41,459 nucleotides of DNA, taken from NCBI GenBank assembly GCA_963604245.1, contig CAVCPY010000274.1, forward strand, positions 1 through 41,459, in the 5' to 3' direction. This DNA is from Eggerthellaceae bacterium. Lineage in GTDB: Bacteria; Bacteroidota; Bacteroidia; Bacteroidales; UBA932. Below the pieces are notes generated by a model. That model saw only the letters and a list, made by a program, of their open reading frames with translations. It searched no databases and was not told the origin of the DNA. Positions 19,422 through 29,556 of this stretch are shown here, in pieces. How positions within the stretch are numbered: position 1 is the stretch's first letter; every line of letters starts with the position of its first letter. The position numbers were made by a program, and so were the translations under genes.

Positions 19422-19444
19422 GAAGCTGTTTTGAAATGGTTTCC
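19422..19444. repeat. Solo copy of the MITE terminal repeat
   Basis: gaagctgttttgaaatggtttcc matches 11144-11166 at 19/23 and is preceded by TAA (the GH94 stop). Confidence 0.55.
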
Positions 19445-19457
19445 GAATTTTATTATT

Positions 19458-21707
19458 ATGAACACTAAAAAGATTCTGTCAGCGGCCGCGGCTCTGCTTG
19501 CCGCTGTGGCTTTACAGGCCGGGGACTTCCGCGGACTGTTGAACAATGGCTGGACGTTCGCTCTCGGCGACGCCTCTTCGATGAAGGAGGATTTCACTCA
19601 CGGTACCGAGTATTTCACCTATCTGACGAAAGCGGGTACAGCAGGACACAGCAGGTCTCCGATAATGCCGGATTTCGATGATTCGGGATGGCAAAAGGTA
19701 AGTCTCCCGCACGACTGGGTTGTGGACCTGCCTTTCAGCAAGGACGCGAGCCATTCCCACGGCTACAAATGTGTCGGCTGGAACTATCCGGAGAATTCCG
19801 TAGGATGGTACAGAAGGCACATAAGGATCCCGGCCGAAGACTACGGCAGGCAGATACGCGTCGAGTTTGAGGGAATATTCAGGGACAGCGAGGTGTTCTG
19901 CAACGGTTTCTACCTCGGCCACGAGAGAAGCGGCTATGCCACCCGTTCCTACGACCTGACACCGTACCTCAACTACGGCGGCGACAATGTCATCGCGGTG
20001 CGTTGTGACGCGTCCACCGAGGAGGGCTGGTACTACGAAGGTGCGGGAATATACCGCAACGTCTGGCTCTATAAGGCCGGTCCGGTCGCCGTGAGGCCAT
20101 ATTCGTTGGATCTGACGGGAGATGTCCCCCGGTTCGGAATTGTGATGGCAAGTGACACTCTTGACAGGTCGAAGGTTAAGTCCGAGACTGTCTTTCTCGA
20201 TGCCGAAGGCAACGAGGTGAAAAAACCGGATCACCTTTGGAGTCTTGAGGATCCTTACCTCTACACCGCCCGGATCCGGCTTTATTATGACGGCATCCTG
20301 TCCGACGAGCAGCGCTGTCGTTTCGGGGTACGCACGATTGAGTTCAGCCCGACGGAGGGCTTCCTTCTTAACGGTAAGCAAGTGAAGCTGAAAGGCTGCA
20401 ACCTGCACCTGGACCATGCCGGAGTCGGCGTGGGAGTGCCTGACGAATTGTGGCGCTACCGTCTGGCGCAACTCAAGAAGTACGGATTCAATGCGGTGCG
20501 CAGCTCCCATAACCCAGCGTCTCCGGCTATGCTCGACCTCTGCGACGAGATGGGAATTCTGGTGATCGACGAGAACCGCCAGCTTGGGGTCAACGAGGAG
20601 CAGCTCACTCAGGTCAGAAGGATGATCGAGAGGGACCGCAACCATCCTTGCGTCATTCTCTGGAGCATCGGCAATGAGGAATGGAGCGTTGAGGGAACAG
20701 GGGCAGGCACGAGAATCGCCAGGAAGATGAGTGAATATGTCAGGTCGCTTGACCCGACCCGTCCTACGGGCTACGGCAGTTCCGGCGGCCGCGAGCTTGT
20801 GAAAGGGGTGGACGTGTTCGGCTACAACTACATCGTCCAGAATCCGGTGGACGAATTCCACGAGATCTTTCCGGACAATTGTGCTGTGGGCACGGAAGAG
20901 ACCTCCGGAGCAGGCACGAGAGGGAAGTATGCCACCGTCCCGGAGGAAGGATGGATGACTCCTCTGAACAGGGTTGACACCCTTGGCAGGATCAATGTCA
21001 TCGAGCACGGGTGGAAATTTTACAAGGCCCGCCCGTGGACAGGAGGGCTGTTCTACTGGACCGGTCAGGACTACCGCGGCGAGCCGAATCCGATGGTCTG
21101 GCCGGCGACCGGCTCTCAGTTCGGAATCCTGGACTATTGCTGCTTCCCCAAAGACGAGGCCTTCTACGTCAAGGCGGTATGGACGGACGAACCTACAGTT
21201 CACATCTGCGGTCCGTACAAGGGTGAGGTCTGGGTCTATTCGAACTGTGACCGGGTCAGGCTGTCGGCGGATGGTAAGAACCTCGGCATAAAGAATATGC
21301 CCGAGGACGGTCACATTGTCTGGAAGGTCGGGGATGCGGCCCGGTTCACCGCCGCAGGCTATCGCAACGGTAGGAAAGTGGCTGTGGATGAATATCCTTA
21401 CATCGCCTCCGAGACAATCCTTTCCCTTTCCGGGAATCGGCTGAAGGCTGACGGTCAGGATGTTGTGGTGATTGACATCGACACCCCGGCCGAAAGTCTG
21501 GACGTGTCGGTCGCCGGAGCCGAGTTCCTCGGCTGGGGCAACGGCAATCCGGGCTTCAGGGAGACAGAACGGCCACTGAACGGCAGTTCGATGACCATCA
21601 AGCCGTTCAGCGGCAAAGCCCAGGTCATCATCCGCTCGATTGAAGGCTCCACGTCTCCGGTCAAAATCAAGATCGGGGACAAAACCGCCGAAATCGAGGT
21701 GTTATAA
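19458..21707 (+). CDS. GH2 beta-galactosidase-like glycoside hydrolase
   Basis: Signal peptide, SLPHDWVV, GWYRRH, FEGIFRD, EGWYYEGAGIYRNVWL, GFNAVRSSHNP, RDRNHPCVILWSIGNEE, WTGQDYRGEP, QFGILD. ATG 19458 preferred. Confidence 0.9.
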   Translation: MNTKKILSAAAALLAAVALQAGDFRGLLNNGWTFALGDASSMKEDFTHGTEYFTYLTKAGTAGHSRSPIMPDFDDSGWQKVSLPHDWVVDLPFSKDASHSHGYKCVGWNYPENSVGWYRRHIRIPAEDYGRQIRVEFEGIFRDSEVFCNGFYLGHERSGYATRSYDLTPYLNYGGDNVIAVRCDASTEEGWYYEGAGIYRNVWLYKAGPVAVRPYSLDLTGDVPRFGIVMASDTLDRSKVKSETVFLDAEGNEVKKPDHLWSLEDPYLYTARIRLYYDGILSDEQRCRFGVRTIEFSPTEGFLLNGKQVKLKGCNLHLDHAGVGVGVPDELWRYRLAQLKKYGFNAVRSSHNPASPAMLDLCDEMGILVIDENRQLGVNEEQLTQVRRMIERDRNHPCVILWSIGNEEWSVEGTGAGTRIARKMSEYVRSLDPTRPTGYGSSGGRELVKGVDVFGYNYIVQNPVDEFHEIFPDNCAVGTEETSGAGTRGKYATVPEEGWMTPLNRVDTLGRINVIEHGWKFYKARPWTGGLFYWTGQDYRGEPNPMVWPATGSQFGILDYCCFPKDEAFYVKAVWTDEPTVHICGPYKGEVWVYSNCDRVRLSADGKNLGIKNMPEDGHIVWKVGDAARFTAAGYRNGRKVAVDEYPYIASETILSLSGNRLKADGQDVVVIDIDTPAESLDVSVAGAEFLGWGNGNPGFRETERPLNGSSMTIKPFSGKAQVIIRSIEGSTSPVKIKIGDKTAEIEVL

Positions 21708-21736
21708 CCTTCTGCGGCTTTTCGGTGACGGCTTCC

Positions 21737-22651
21737 TCAGTCCAGCACCTGAATGTCGATTCTGTAGGCTCCGTCGTTCAGGTAGCCGTACTGGAATGTC
21801 GGAAGGCAATAGACTGCGTACAGCTGGAAGTGCTTGTCGCCAAGTTTGACGTTCTGGGCGTCGTACTTGGAGAAGTCGCGTCCCCACTGATAGTCGCTCG
21901 GGTAGTACGCATAGGCCGGGTACTTGCCGTTGAAGAGCATCCCGGTGAAGAATTCCTTGAAGGAGATGTGGTCGCCGTCGCAGGTGAACTCCACATAGTC
22001 AGGCGTGCTGCCCATCCAGCCGTTGGCGGCATATTCCTCCGCTATCAGTCCTTCGCGGTACGGATCGCTCACGCGGTAGATTTCCTCTCCGTCGGCCTTG
22101 TAGATCTCGGTCGTGTAGGCTTTCTCGAATATGCATTCGTCGTAGTACGTGCAGTCTCCGTATTTCTTGAAAACAAGTTTCTTGGTCACGGTGATGGTGA
22201 CCGTGCTTCGTCCGGAAGGGGAGACCCCGTCCGTGATGTCGAGCTTCATCCTGTACTTTTCCGAAGTCTTCAGCCTGTCCGTGTCCTTGAACCTCAGGCG
22301 CACCAGAGCCTTGCAGGAATTCGCCGAGAAGGTCACCTTCGGCGAGATCAGCGAGAACACTCCGTCCGGGTCGGCGTCCTCCCAGACCGGGTCAGAAGTG
22401 CCGTCGGGTGCGGTGTCGTATTTGAATGAAATCGTTGCCTGTTCCGATGTGCCGCTGACCCCTCTATAGACAGGAATCTCCAGGATGCCCTTGTCTTCCG
22501 GTGACACTTCCGCATAGAGTACCGGAGAAGCGAAGGCGAATCCGCTTTCTCCGTCGTAGAGCGGCCCTTCGTTCCCCTTGGAGCAGGACACAGCCGTTGA
22601 TGCTATGATGCCTGCCAGAGCGGCTATGGTGGATGCTTTAGTTCTGAACAT
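21737..22651 (-). CDS. Uncharacterised lipoprotein downstream of susD (SusE-position protein)
   Basis: Lipobox AVSC. Overlaps the susD stop by 14 nt. Ig-like N-terminal part (EIPVYRG...VTFSAN) and a Tyr-rich C-terminal part. Confidence 0.75.
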   Translation of the reverse strand: MFRTKASTIAALAGIIASTAVSCSKGNEGPLYDGESGFAFASPVLYAEVSPEDKGILEIPVYRGVSGTSEQATISFKYDTAPDGTSDPVWEDADPDGVFSLISPKVTFSANSCKALVRLRFKDTDRLKTSEKYRMKLDITDGVSPSGRSTVTITVTKKLVFKKYGDCTYYDECIFEKAYTTEIYKADGEEIYRVSDPYREGLIAEEYAANGWMGSTPDYVEFTCDGDHISFKEFFTGMLFNGKYPAYAYYPSDYQWGRDFSKYDAQNVKLGDKHFQLYAVYCLPTFQYGYLNDGAYRIDIQVLD

Positions 22652-24269
22652 AAGGATTCTGGTCTTCGGAGTTGATGTTAGGGTTGTTGTCTATCTCGGC
22701 CTGGGGAATCATCAGGATGCACTCAATGTAGTCCGCAGGAAAGTTAAGATATTCAGGATACTTGCTCAGGTAGTTGGTGTGATTTGACACCTCGCCGTTC
22801 ACAGTCCAGTAGCGGGTCCAGCCCTTCGCCAGCCGGAGGATGTCGAAGATGCGCCCAGTCTCGCCCCACAGCTCGATTCTGCGCTGAACAAGTATTTCGT
22901 CCAGAAGCGTCTTCACCGTCCCTGTTGTCCCGAAGCTCTGCTCGTTACCGCTCAACAGGCTCAAAACGCTGCGCCATCCGGTGTAGCGGCGGCTCATTAC
23001 CTCTCCGAGAGCCTCCTTGGCTCCGGTGTCGTTTCCCTGTCGGCAAAGCGCCTCGGCAAGGATCAGATAAGCCTCCTCCAGACGCATAAAGATGTAGTCC
23101 CCTTTGTAGGATTTCTGGTCCGCCCACTGGAACTTGAACTGGTTGTAGTCGATGTTGGCTCCGTACTTCCATTCCTTGGCGCTGACCCCGATGTTCCCGT
23201 TCCACCAGCCTTTGCGGACATCGGAGTCGGGAATCTGCGCATAAAGCCAGTTGCTGATGCACTTCGGGGCTTCGGCCGCATAATAGACATTGGTGCAAGC
23301 GTCCAGATTCGAGAAGAATGACGCGTACACGGTTGACTGGTCGGAGATGATCTCCGCTCCCCACATCACCGAGGAGGAGCCGACGCTGTTGAACGGTGTC
23401 TTGCCTGTTGTCCATTCCGTGGTGCTGTCGTCGAACGTGCCTTTGGTGACCGTCGCCTCCGACATCGAGAGCAGTTTGGCGTCCGGAGTGCTGATGGCTT
23501 TTTTAGCGGCCTTCGCCGCCTTGTCCCAGTCATTCTCCACCAGCGCCACCCGGGCCTGGAGCAGGCTTGTGGAGTAGAGGTCGAGATTGGAGATGTGCTC
23601 CCGTTTGCCCCCGCAGCTCTCAAACAGGGAAATGGCAGCCTCAAGGTCACTGTCAATCTGCGCGTAAACCTCTCTGACCGTGCCGCGTCCCTTGCCTTTG
23701 CTTGAGGCGTCGGTCGGCTCCGTGTAGATCGGGACTCCCGGAAGTTCTTCGTGTCCGACAAGTGTCTGCTGGAAAGACTGAATCAGCATAAAATAGCTGA
23801 ACGCCCTCGTCGCATACGCCTGCGCGAGAATCCGGCCTATCTCGTTCTCATCGCCCGCCGCCGTTCCTGCCGCCGAGATGATGTAGTTGACGTTGCTGAT
23901 GATTTCGTAGAAATATTCCCACGTGAAGTAGCAGCGCCAGATTTTGCTGGTGTAGCGGCTGCGCTGGTCATAGTTATAGTCTTTCCAGAACCATCCCGCA
24001 CCCTGCGCTGTCTGGATCATGTCATCGCCCATCAGGTCGGCGGCAAGCGTCACCGCCATATTGCCGAAACATTGGTGCGCGTTTGCGGTGACGAAGTCGA
24101 GGCGGTTGTACATTGTCGCGTAGACCCCGTTCATCGCGACCCTGAGACCTTCTGCGTCTGCAAGGATTGTCTCCTTGTCCACATCGGTGGTCGGGGAGGT
24201 CTCCATCAGGGAGGAGCAGGAGCCGCAGATCGCCGCTGCCAGTATGGTGATTATTGTGAATCTTTTCAT
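22638..24269 (-). CDS. susD: SusD/RagB family lipoprotein
   Basis: Lipobox CGSC, ADLMGDDM, AQAYATRAFSYFML, GVPIYT, VYAQIDSDL, MRLEEAYLILAEA, QRRIELWGETGRIFDILR, IPQAEIDNNPNI. Confidence 0.95.
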   Translation of the reverse strand: MKRFTIITILAAAICGSCSSLMETSPTTDVDKETILADAEGLRVAMNGVYATMYNRLDFVTANAHQCFGNMAVTLAADLMGDDMIQTAQGAGWFWKDYNYDQRSRYTSKIWRCYFTWEYFYEIISNVNYIISAAGTAAGDENEIGRILAQAYATRAFSYFMLIQSFQQTLVGHEELPGVPIYTEPTDASSKGKGRGTVREVYAQIDSDLEAAISLFESCGGKREHISNLDLYSTSLLQARVALVENDWDKAAKAAKKAISTPDAKLLSMSEATVTKGTFDDSTTEWTTGKTPFNSVGSSSVMWGAEIISDQSTVYASFFSNLDACTNVYYAAEAPKCISNWLYAQIPDSDVRKGWWNGNIGVSAKEWKYGANIDYNQFKFQWADQKSYKGDYIFMRLEEAYLILAEALCRQGNDTGAKEALGEVMSRRYTGWRSVLSLLSGNEQSFGTTGTVKTLLDEILVQRRIELWGETGRIFDILRLAKGWTRYWTVNGEVSNHTNYLSKYPEYLNFPADYIECILMIPQAEIDNNPNINSEDQNPYVQN

Positions 24270-24277
24270 AAAGCTTT

Positions 24278-24292
24278 GAAGCTGTTTTGAAA
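24278..24292. repeat. Solo copy of the MITE-end motif in the susC-susD spacer
   Basis: gaagctgttttgaaa is identical (15/15) to 19422-19436. Confidence 0.4.
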
Positions 24293-24308
24293 CAAGTTCT
24301 CTCTCTTC

Positions 24309-27300
24309 TCAGAATTTGATGTCCACACCAAGTGAGACCGTACGGTTGGGAGTATAGGTGTAGGAGGTGGAACCAGTGAAGCTGCTTTGAGGATTGAGTC
24401 CCTTCAGCGCACTCAACATCAGAAGGTTGTCTCCGGAAGCGTAAAGCCTGAGGGATCGGATGTGGTATTTCTCCAGTCCGGTGGTCTTGAATGTGTAGCC
24501 CGCGGAGACGCTTTTTATGCTGAAATATGACGCGTCGATGAGAAACCTGTCGTTGATGACGGTCGTGGCTGTGGTCGTGACCTTCGGGACGTCAGTGACC
24601 TGTCCGGCCTCCGTCCACGCGCGCAGGGAGTTGACGTGATAGGTCTGTCCCACATACGACGGCTCCATCAGAGACCTGTAGGTGCTGTCGTAGATCTTGC
24701 CGCCAAGCGAGTAGGTGAACAGGACGGCAAGGTCGGCGTCCTTGATGTGAAGGTTTGAGGACAGGGAACCGTAGATTTCAGGCAACCTGCTGCCGCAGAG
24801 CCATTTGCATCCTGACGCTATTGTCGCGTCGTTGGTCACGTACTCGCTGCCCTTGACCGGGTTGCCGTCCGCGTCCTTGGCATAGGCCAGATAAAGCTGC
24901 TCTCCTGTCGCAGGATCGACCCCGGCGCTGCGGGCCAAGTAGAAGGTGTTGACTGTCTCTCCCTCACGGATCAGGTACACGCCGTTGTTGATGTCCTCGC
25001 CGTTGCCGGTCAGGGACACGACCTTGTTGTCCACAGTCGAGGCCATCAGAGACACGTTCCAGAACAGGTCCGGTGCGTTGATAATGTCATAGCCGAAGGT
25101 CATATCCAGACCTGTGTTGTACATTTTCCCGACATTGGCATAGTAGCCCGGAAATCCCAGTGAGATGGCGACAGGGTATTCAAGCAGCATATCCGTGGTG
25201 GTTCTCCTGTACCACTCTACGGTCCCACTCAATCTGCCGAGTGCCTTGAACTCGACGCCGACGTTGACGTTGCCGTTCTTCTCCCACGTGACATCCTTGT
25301 TCTCAAGGGATGAGATGATGGCTCCGGAATATGTAGCGTTGGGATATGTCATATCATAGAGTGCCTGCCAGGCGTAGTAAGAGCCGATGTTGTCGTTGCC
25401 CTGGACTCCATAGCTCGCCTTGAGCGTCAAGTTGTCTATCCACCCGATTTCTTTCAAGAACGGTTCCTCGGAGATGCGCCAGGATGCGCCCAGAGACCAG
25501 AATGTCCCCCATCTGTTGTCCTTGATGAACCGGGACGAGGCGTCCATTCGCAGACTGCCGGACAGGTAGTACCTGTCGGAGAAGTTGTAGTTCGCGCGGC
25601 ACAGCCAGGAGTTGATGCTGTAGGTGTCTCCGGTGGAGGTGGCCTCGGCGATGGTGGATCCCATCCCGAGTTCGTCGAACCTGTCGAACGGGAATCCTGT
25701 CCTCTGCCCCATCAGGTAGTGGGCCTCGCTGTTGTAGAATTCGTGTCCGGCCATCACATCCACGGAATGTCCGCCGAACCCGCGCTTGTAGGACAGCAAC
25801 TGGTTCCAGGTGTAGCTGCGTGTGCGTTGATATTCCTTGGTCAGGCGTCCTGTGCCGGCGGCGTTGCCATTGTTGCGGTTGTACATAGTGGTGTTGTAGG
25901 CGTTGATGATGTCGGCGCCTATCGATGTGCTGAATTTCAAGTCGCCGAAGCTTAGTCCAAGATGTCCGCGGAGGTTGACGTTGTCGCTCGTCACGTAGTA
26001 GTCATCGTCGAAAAGGGTGGCGATGCAGTTGCGGTTGTTCTGCGCTCCCGCCGGCCTTGATGAGCCGTAGTCGAACACCCGCTCTCCGTTCTCGAGAACC
26101 GGGTATCCGTCAGAGCCGGTCTCATAGACCGGGTAGATCGGAGCCATCATCATTGCGGTGTACCAGATGTTGTTGGCCTCTGTGCCGGAGGCTCCGAGGT
26201 AGTCGCTTCTTGAATTGGTATAGTTGGCGTTGAGGCCGAACTCGAACCAGTCGTAAGGCGTGAATTCCGCTCCGACCCGGGCTGTTATCCTCCGGAACGA
26301 GGTTGTCGTGATGGTGCCGTTCTCGTCAAGGTAGCCGATTGAAGCCAGATACTTGCTGGCATCCGAGGCTCCGGACATCGAGAAGAGATACTCCTGACGG
26401 GTCGGGAGCTTTGCCTTGGCAGCACCCAGCCAATCGGAGCTGTATTTTGTCGTTGCGTTCTCGACGACCTTCCCGTCCGCGGTGAAAAGGCTCTCCACGT
26501 CTTTGTCGAAGATGTTGTATTTGCTGTCGATGCCTAGGATGTTTTTCGCAAGGCGCGAAGGTGTCAGAGATGCGGCTTCGCCGGGAAGATACCCTTCCGT
26601 ATAGACAAGGTCGTTGTAGGTCGCCCTGTACATCTGTTCCATATACCGGGCGGCGTCTACGGTCTCGTACGGGCTTATCGCCATCGAGTTGAAGCCTAGG
26701 CGGGCGGTGAAGTCAATTGAGATTCTTTCGTCGGCGTTTTTCCCGCTCTTGGTTGTCACGATGACCACTCCGTTGGCTCCTCTGGAGCCGTAAAGCGCTC
26801 CGGCGGAAGCGTCCTTGAGTACGGACAGGCTTTCGATGTCATTGGGGTTGAGGGAATTAAGGTCACCGTCGTAGGGAATGCCGTCCACCACGATGAGAGG
26901 TGAGCTGCTGGCGTTGATGGAACCGAACCCTCGGACCATGATCCCGGAGCCGCTTCCCGGCTGTCCGCTTCCCGATGTGGTCATCACGCCTGACATCTGT
27001 CCGTCAAGCATTCTTGAGACATCGGCGACCGGCCTGTCCCGCAGTTTGTCGCCTCTTATCGTCTCGGCCGAGCCGGTGAACGACTCTTTGGACGCCGTCC
27101 CGTAGGCCACCACGAGGACATCTTCCAGCACATTGACGTCAGCCGTCATCGCGATGTTTAGGGTGGTGCGTCCGTTCACCGCGACGGTCTGTTCCCGCAT
27201 CCCCAGGCAGGAGAACACGAGAGACGCGTCCGAAGGGACCGACAGTGAATATTTCCCGTCAATGTCAGTGATCGAGTAGCCGGTTCCGTCTTTCTCAAGG

Positions 27301-27434
27301 ACGGCGACCCCTGGAAGCGGCGCACCTCCAAGAGCATCGGTCACCTGACCGGCGACCGTTACTCTTTGCGCCGAAAGAATCTGCGATGCCGCAAGCAGAG
27401 CCAGCAGCGTGAGCAGAACGTGTCTGATTCTCAT
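24309..27434 (-). CDS. susC: SusC/RagA family TonB-dependent transporter
   Basis: LEDVLVVAYGTASKESFTGSA, SGQPGSGSGIMVRGFGSINASSSPLIVVDG, VLKDASAGALYGSRGANGVVIVTTKSG, RMDASSRF...NRWGTFWS, C-terminal GVDIKF. Confidence 0.97.
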   Translation of the reverse strand: MRIRHVLLTLLALLAASQILSAQRVTVAGQVTDALGGAPLPGVAVLEKDGTGYSITDIDGKYSLSVPSDASLVFSCLGMREQTVAVNGRTTLNIAMTADVNVLEDVLVVAYGTASKESFTGSAETIRGDKLRDRPVADVSRMLDGQMSGVMTTSGSGQPGSGSGIMVRGFGSINASSSPLIVVDGIPYDGDLNSLNPNDIESLSVLKDASAGALYGSRGANGVVIVTTKSGKNADERISIDFTARLGFNSMAISPYETVDAARYMEQMYRATYNDLVYTEGYLPGEAASLTPSRLAKNILGIDSKYNIFDKDVESLFTADGKVVENATTKYSSDWLGAAKAKLPTRQEYLFSMSGASDASKYLASIGYLDENGTITTTSFRRITARVGAEFTPYDWFEFGLNANYTNSRSDYLGASGTEANNIWYTAMMMAPIYPVYETGSDGYPVLENGERVFDYGSSRPAGAQNNRNCIATLFDDDYYVTSDNVNLRGHLGLSFGDLKFSTSIGADIINAYNTTMYNRNNGNAAGTGRLTKEYQRTRSYTWNQLLSYKRGFGGHSVDVMAGHEFYNSEAHYLMGQRTGFPFDRFDELGMGSTIAEATSTGDTYSINSWLCRANYNFSDRYYLSGSLRMDASSRFIKDNRWGTFWSLGASWRISEEPFLKEIGWIDNLTLKASYGVQGNDNIGSYYAWQALYDMTYPNATYSGAIISSLENKDVTWEKNGNVNVGVEFKALGRLSGTVEWYRRTTTDMLLEYPVAISLGFPGYYANVGKMYNTGLDMTFGYDIINAPDLFWNVSLMASTVDNKVVSLTGNGEDINNGVYLIREGETVNTFYLARSAGVDPATGEQLYLAYAKDADGNPVKGSEYVTNDATIASGCKWLCGSRLPEIYGSLSSNLHIKDADLAVLFTYSLGGKIYDSTYRSLMEPSYVGQTYHVNSLRAWTEAGQVTDVPKVTTTATTVINDRFLIDASYFSIKSVSAGYTFKTTGLEKYHIRSLRLYASGDNLLMLSALKGLNPQSSFTGSTSYTYTPNRTVSLGVDIKF

Positions 27435-27435
27435 A

Positions 27436-29529
27436 TTACTCCTTTATGCATCTTGTGGCCGCTCCGTAAGGACGGTTGAGTCCGGCCTCGCTGGCAGGAT
27501 TCCCCCACGCCATACTTTCGTAGAACACTGTGTTGGAGTTGTCAGTGCGGGTGTTGTACAGTGCGCTTCCTCCCACGCTCTGGAGTGTGCCCTTGCTCGG
27601 GTCGATGTTGCCCACAAGCGGGAACCAGTACTCTTTGCCCTCCTTCGTTCTGTAGCGGAAACCGATGCTCTTGTCGTAGTCCTGATACCAAGGGTAAGAC
27701 TCGTCGTAAGCCCCGTCGTCGTTGAGCTTGCCGGCTTTCTTGTACTCGCTGCGGAAGCCCCATCCGTCTCCCGCGGCCGGCATCCACCAGCCCTCCGGGC
27801 AAGGATCGTAGATTGTCTTGGCGTTGGTCTTGCCTCCCCACAGGTCGTTGTTCTGTAGCGCGGCCTTGTCTGTGAGCCAGTCCACCGCAGGCCACGAACT
27901 TGACGGAGCGCAGTAGTACACGTCCGGATGTTCGATAGCCAGCTGTAGGTTGGTGCTGGTGTTGTCGTTGTAGGTCGGTCTTTCCTCGGTCTTTATGTAG
28001 ATCTGGTTGCCGTCAATGTCGTAGATGCGCCGTTGGATGCTTGACTCCACGTCATCCCCTCCAGGGAACGGATCCTTACGGCCCCACTGGTACATAAGGC
28101 CTAGAGATTCCTTGCTGTACTTTTCCGCGCTGAAAGCTCCGAGGTTGCGGTCCATATACCTGTAGGTGATGCCGTTGGCACTGGTCCATTCGAAGACGTC
28201 GGCCTCGGGGTCATAATCTGTCACCCAGACGTGCCAGCTCCACACGACCCTGTCCCCGTCGCGGGCGGCCACAACGGCGTTGCCTTCCTTGCCGGCGGCA
28301 AGCTTGACCACGACGACGCCTTCGCTTCCGTTTCCGGAAACGGAGCTGACAAGCCCGATGGCGTCCTGCCAGACAAGCGATGCGTTGTCAAACTCAAGAG
28401 CTGTCGTGGAATTGCCCTTCACGGCCTTGATTGTCAGGGTGCCGCCCGGTTTCACGATATGGCAGTTGGCAGCTCCGGCAGTCGTGGTGATCTCGACGAT
28501 GGACAGTGTACCGGAATATTCCACCTTCCTGTAATGGTCGTCGGTCGCGCCAATCTTGACAGAGAGGCTCTCGCCGATTGTCGAAGGGGCGTTATATTTC
28601 ACCTTGATGATGTCTTCGTTGACGGATGCCTCGGCGCTCCATCCCGAGGACACTTCGACCGTAGGATTCCCTGCAATCTTCGCCGGCGCGAGATTGAGGA
28701 CTCTGTAGGACAGAGTGAAAGAGCCTCCTGCCTTGACAGCCATCGAGACCGGTTCCCCTACAGGGGAAATGGAGAGCGGTTCCGAAGCGTTCACCTTGAC
28801 GGTGACGCTCTTTGTCAGGCTGCGCTTGTGGGTGTCGCTTACCGACAGGGAAACCTTGACCTCGGTGGCTTCCGTGATCACTTCGGGAGCGGTCAGGTTG
28901 ATGGTCCCCTGATAGTTGACGTAGTCCACCTTCCCAAGCGTGCAGTCATACCCGCTCTTGTCCACCGATGGCTCAAGGCTGAGGGTGGCTCCTTCCGAAC
29001 CGGTGACTGTGAAAGGAATGCCCAAGGTCTGTCCCGGAGAGATTGCCGGAGAAGCCGAGTCAAAGAATATTCCGAGATCACCGTACTGGCCGTCGTCTTT
29101 TCCGTCTCCTCCGTCGTCACCTGAATCGTCGGAACCTCCGTTCCCGACCAATGTCACATCCACAAACCTTGTGAGTTTTCTTTGATGCGAGTCGGAGACC
29201 TTGAGAAAGACCTGGGCTTCCTGGTCGGTGGGGATGGACTTCGCGGCGGACAACCTTATGACTCCCTGGGCGTTGTCGTAGTCAACCTTGCCCAGTCTGC
29301 AGGTCAGCCTGCTGTTGTCCGAGGACGGCTCGAAATCAAGGGCTGCGCCTTCAGATCCGGTGACTGTGAATGGAATCTCGAAGGTTTCACCCGCGTTGAG
29401 GACAACCTCTTCCGTGTCGAAGATGATGCCGAGTTCACCGTACTGGCTGTCAATTTCATTGTAGGTGCAGCCGATCAATGCCGCCGCTCCTGCCAGTGAC
29501 AGGGCGGTGAGTTTAAGAATATTCTTCAT
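27436..29529 (-). CDS. Lipoprotein with duplicated Ig-like domains and a fimbrial-tip-like C-terminal domain
   Basis: Lipobox LIGC. Motifs ANCHIV, EGNAVVA, WSWHVWVTD, MDRNLGA, GLMYQWGRKDPF, KTIYDPCPEGW, terminal TRCIKE. Confidence 0.75.
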   Translation of the reverse strand: MKNILKLTALSLAGAAALIGCTYNEIDSQYGELGIIFDTEEVVLNAGETFEIPFTVTGSEGAALDFEPSSDNSRLTCRLGKVDYDNAQGVIRLSAAKSIPTDQEAQVFLKVSDSHQRKLTRFVDVTLVGNGGSDDSGDDGGDGKDDGQYGDLGIFFDSASPAISPGQTLGIPFTVTGSEGATLSLEPSVDKSGYDCTLGKVDYVNYQGTINLTAPEVITEATEVKVSLSVSDTHKRSLTKSVTVKVNASEPLSISPVGEPVSMAVKAGGSFTLSYRVLNLAPAKIAGNPTVEVSSGWSAEASVNEDIIKVKYNAPSTIGESLSVKIGATDDHYRKVEYSGTLSIVEITTTAGAANCHIVKPGGTLTIKAVKGNSTTALEFDNASLVWQDAIGLVSSVSGNGSEGVVVVKLAAGKEGNAVVAARDGDRVVWSWHVWVTDYDPEADVFEWTSANGITYRYMDRNLGAFSAEKYSKESLGLMYQWGRKDPFPGGDDVESSIQRRIYDIDGNQIYIKTEERPTYNDNTSTNLQLAIEHPDVYYCAPSSSWPAVDWLTDKAALQNNDLWGGKTNAKTIYDPCPEGWWMPAAGDGWGFRSEYKKAGKLNDDGAYDESYPWYQDYDKSIGFRYRTKEGKEYWFPLVGNIDPSKGTLQSVGGSALYNTRTDNSNTVFYESMAWGNPASEAGLNRPYGAATRCIKE

Positions 29530-29556
29530 CAGATACAGTTGATGTACGGGTGGATG

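Noticed and set aside
17868..21314. Long antisense ORFs (510 aa and 600 aa; likewise 32323-33816, 33804-35015, 39938-41263, 29539-30597, 9677-10687)
   Set aside because: These are shadow frames of well-supported genes, expected with GC-rich third codon positions. They have no recognisable motifs.
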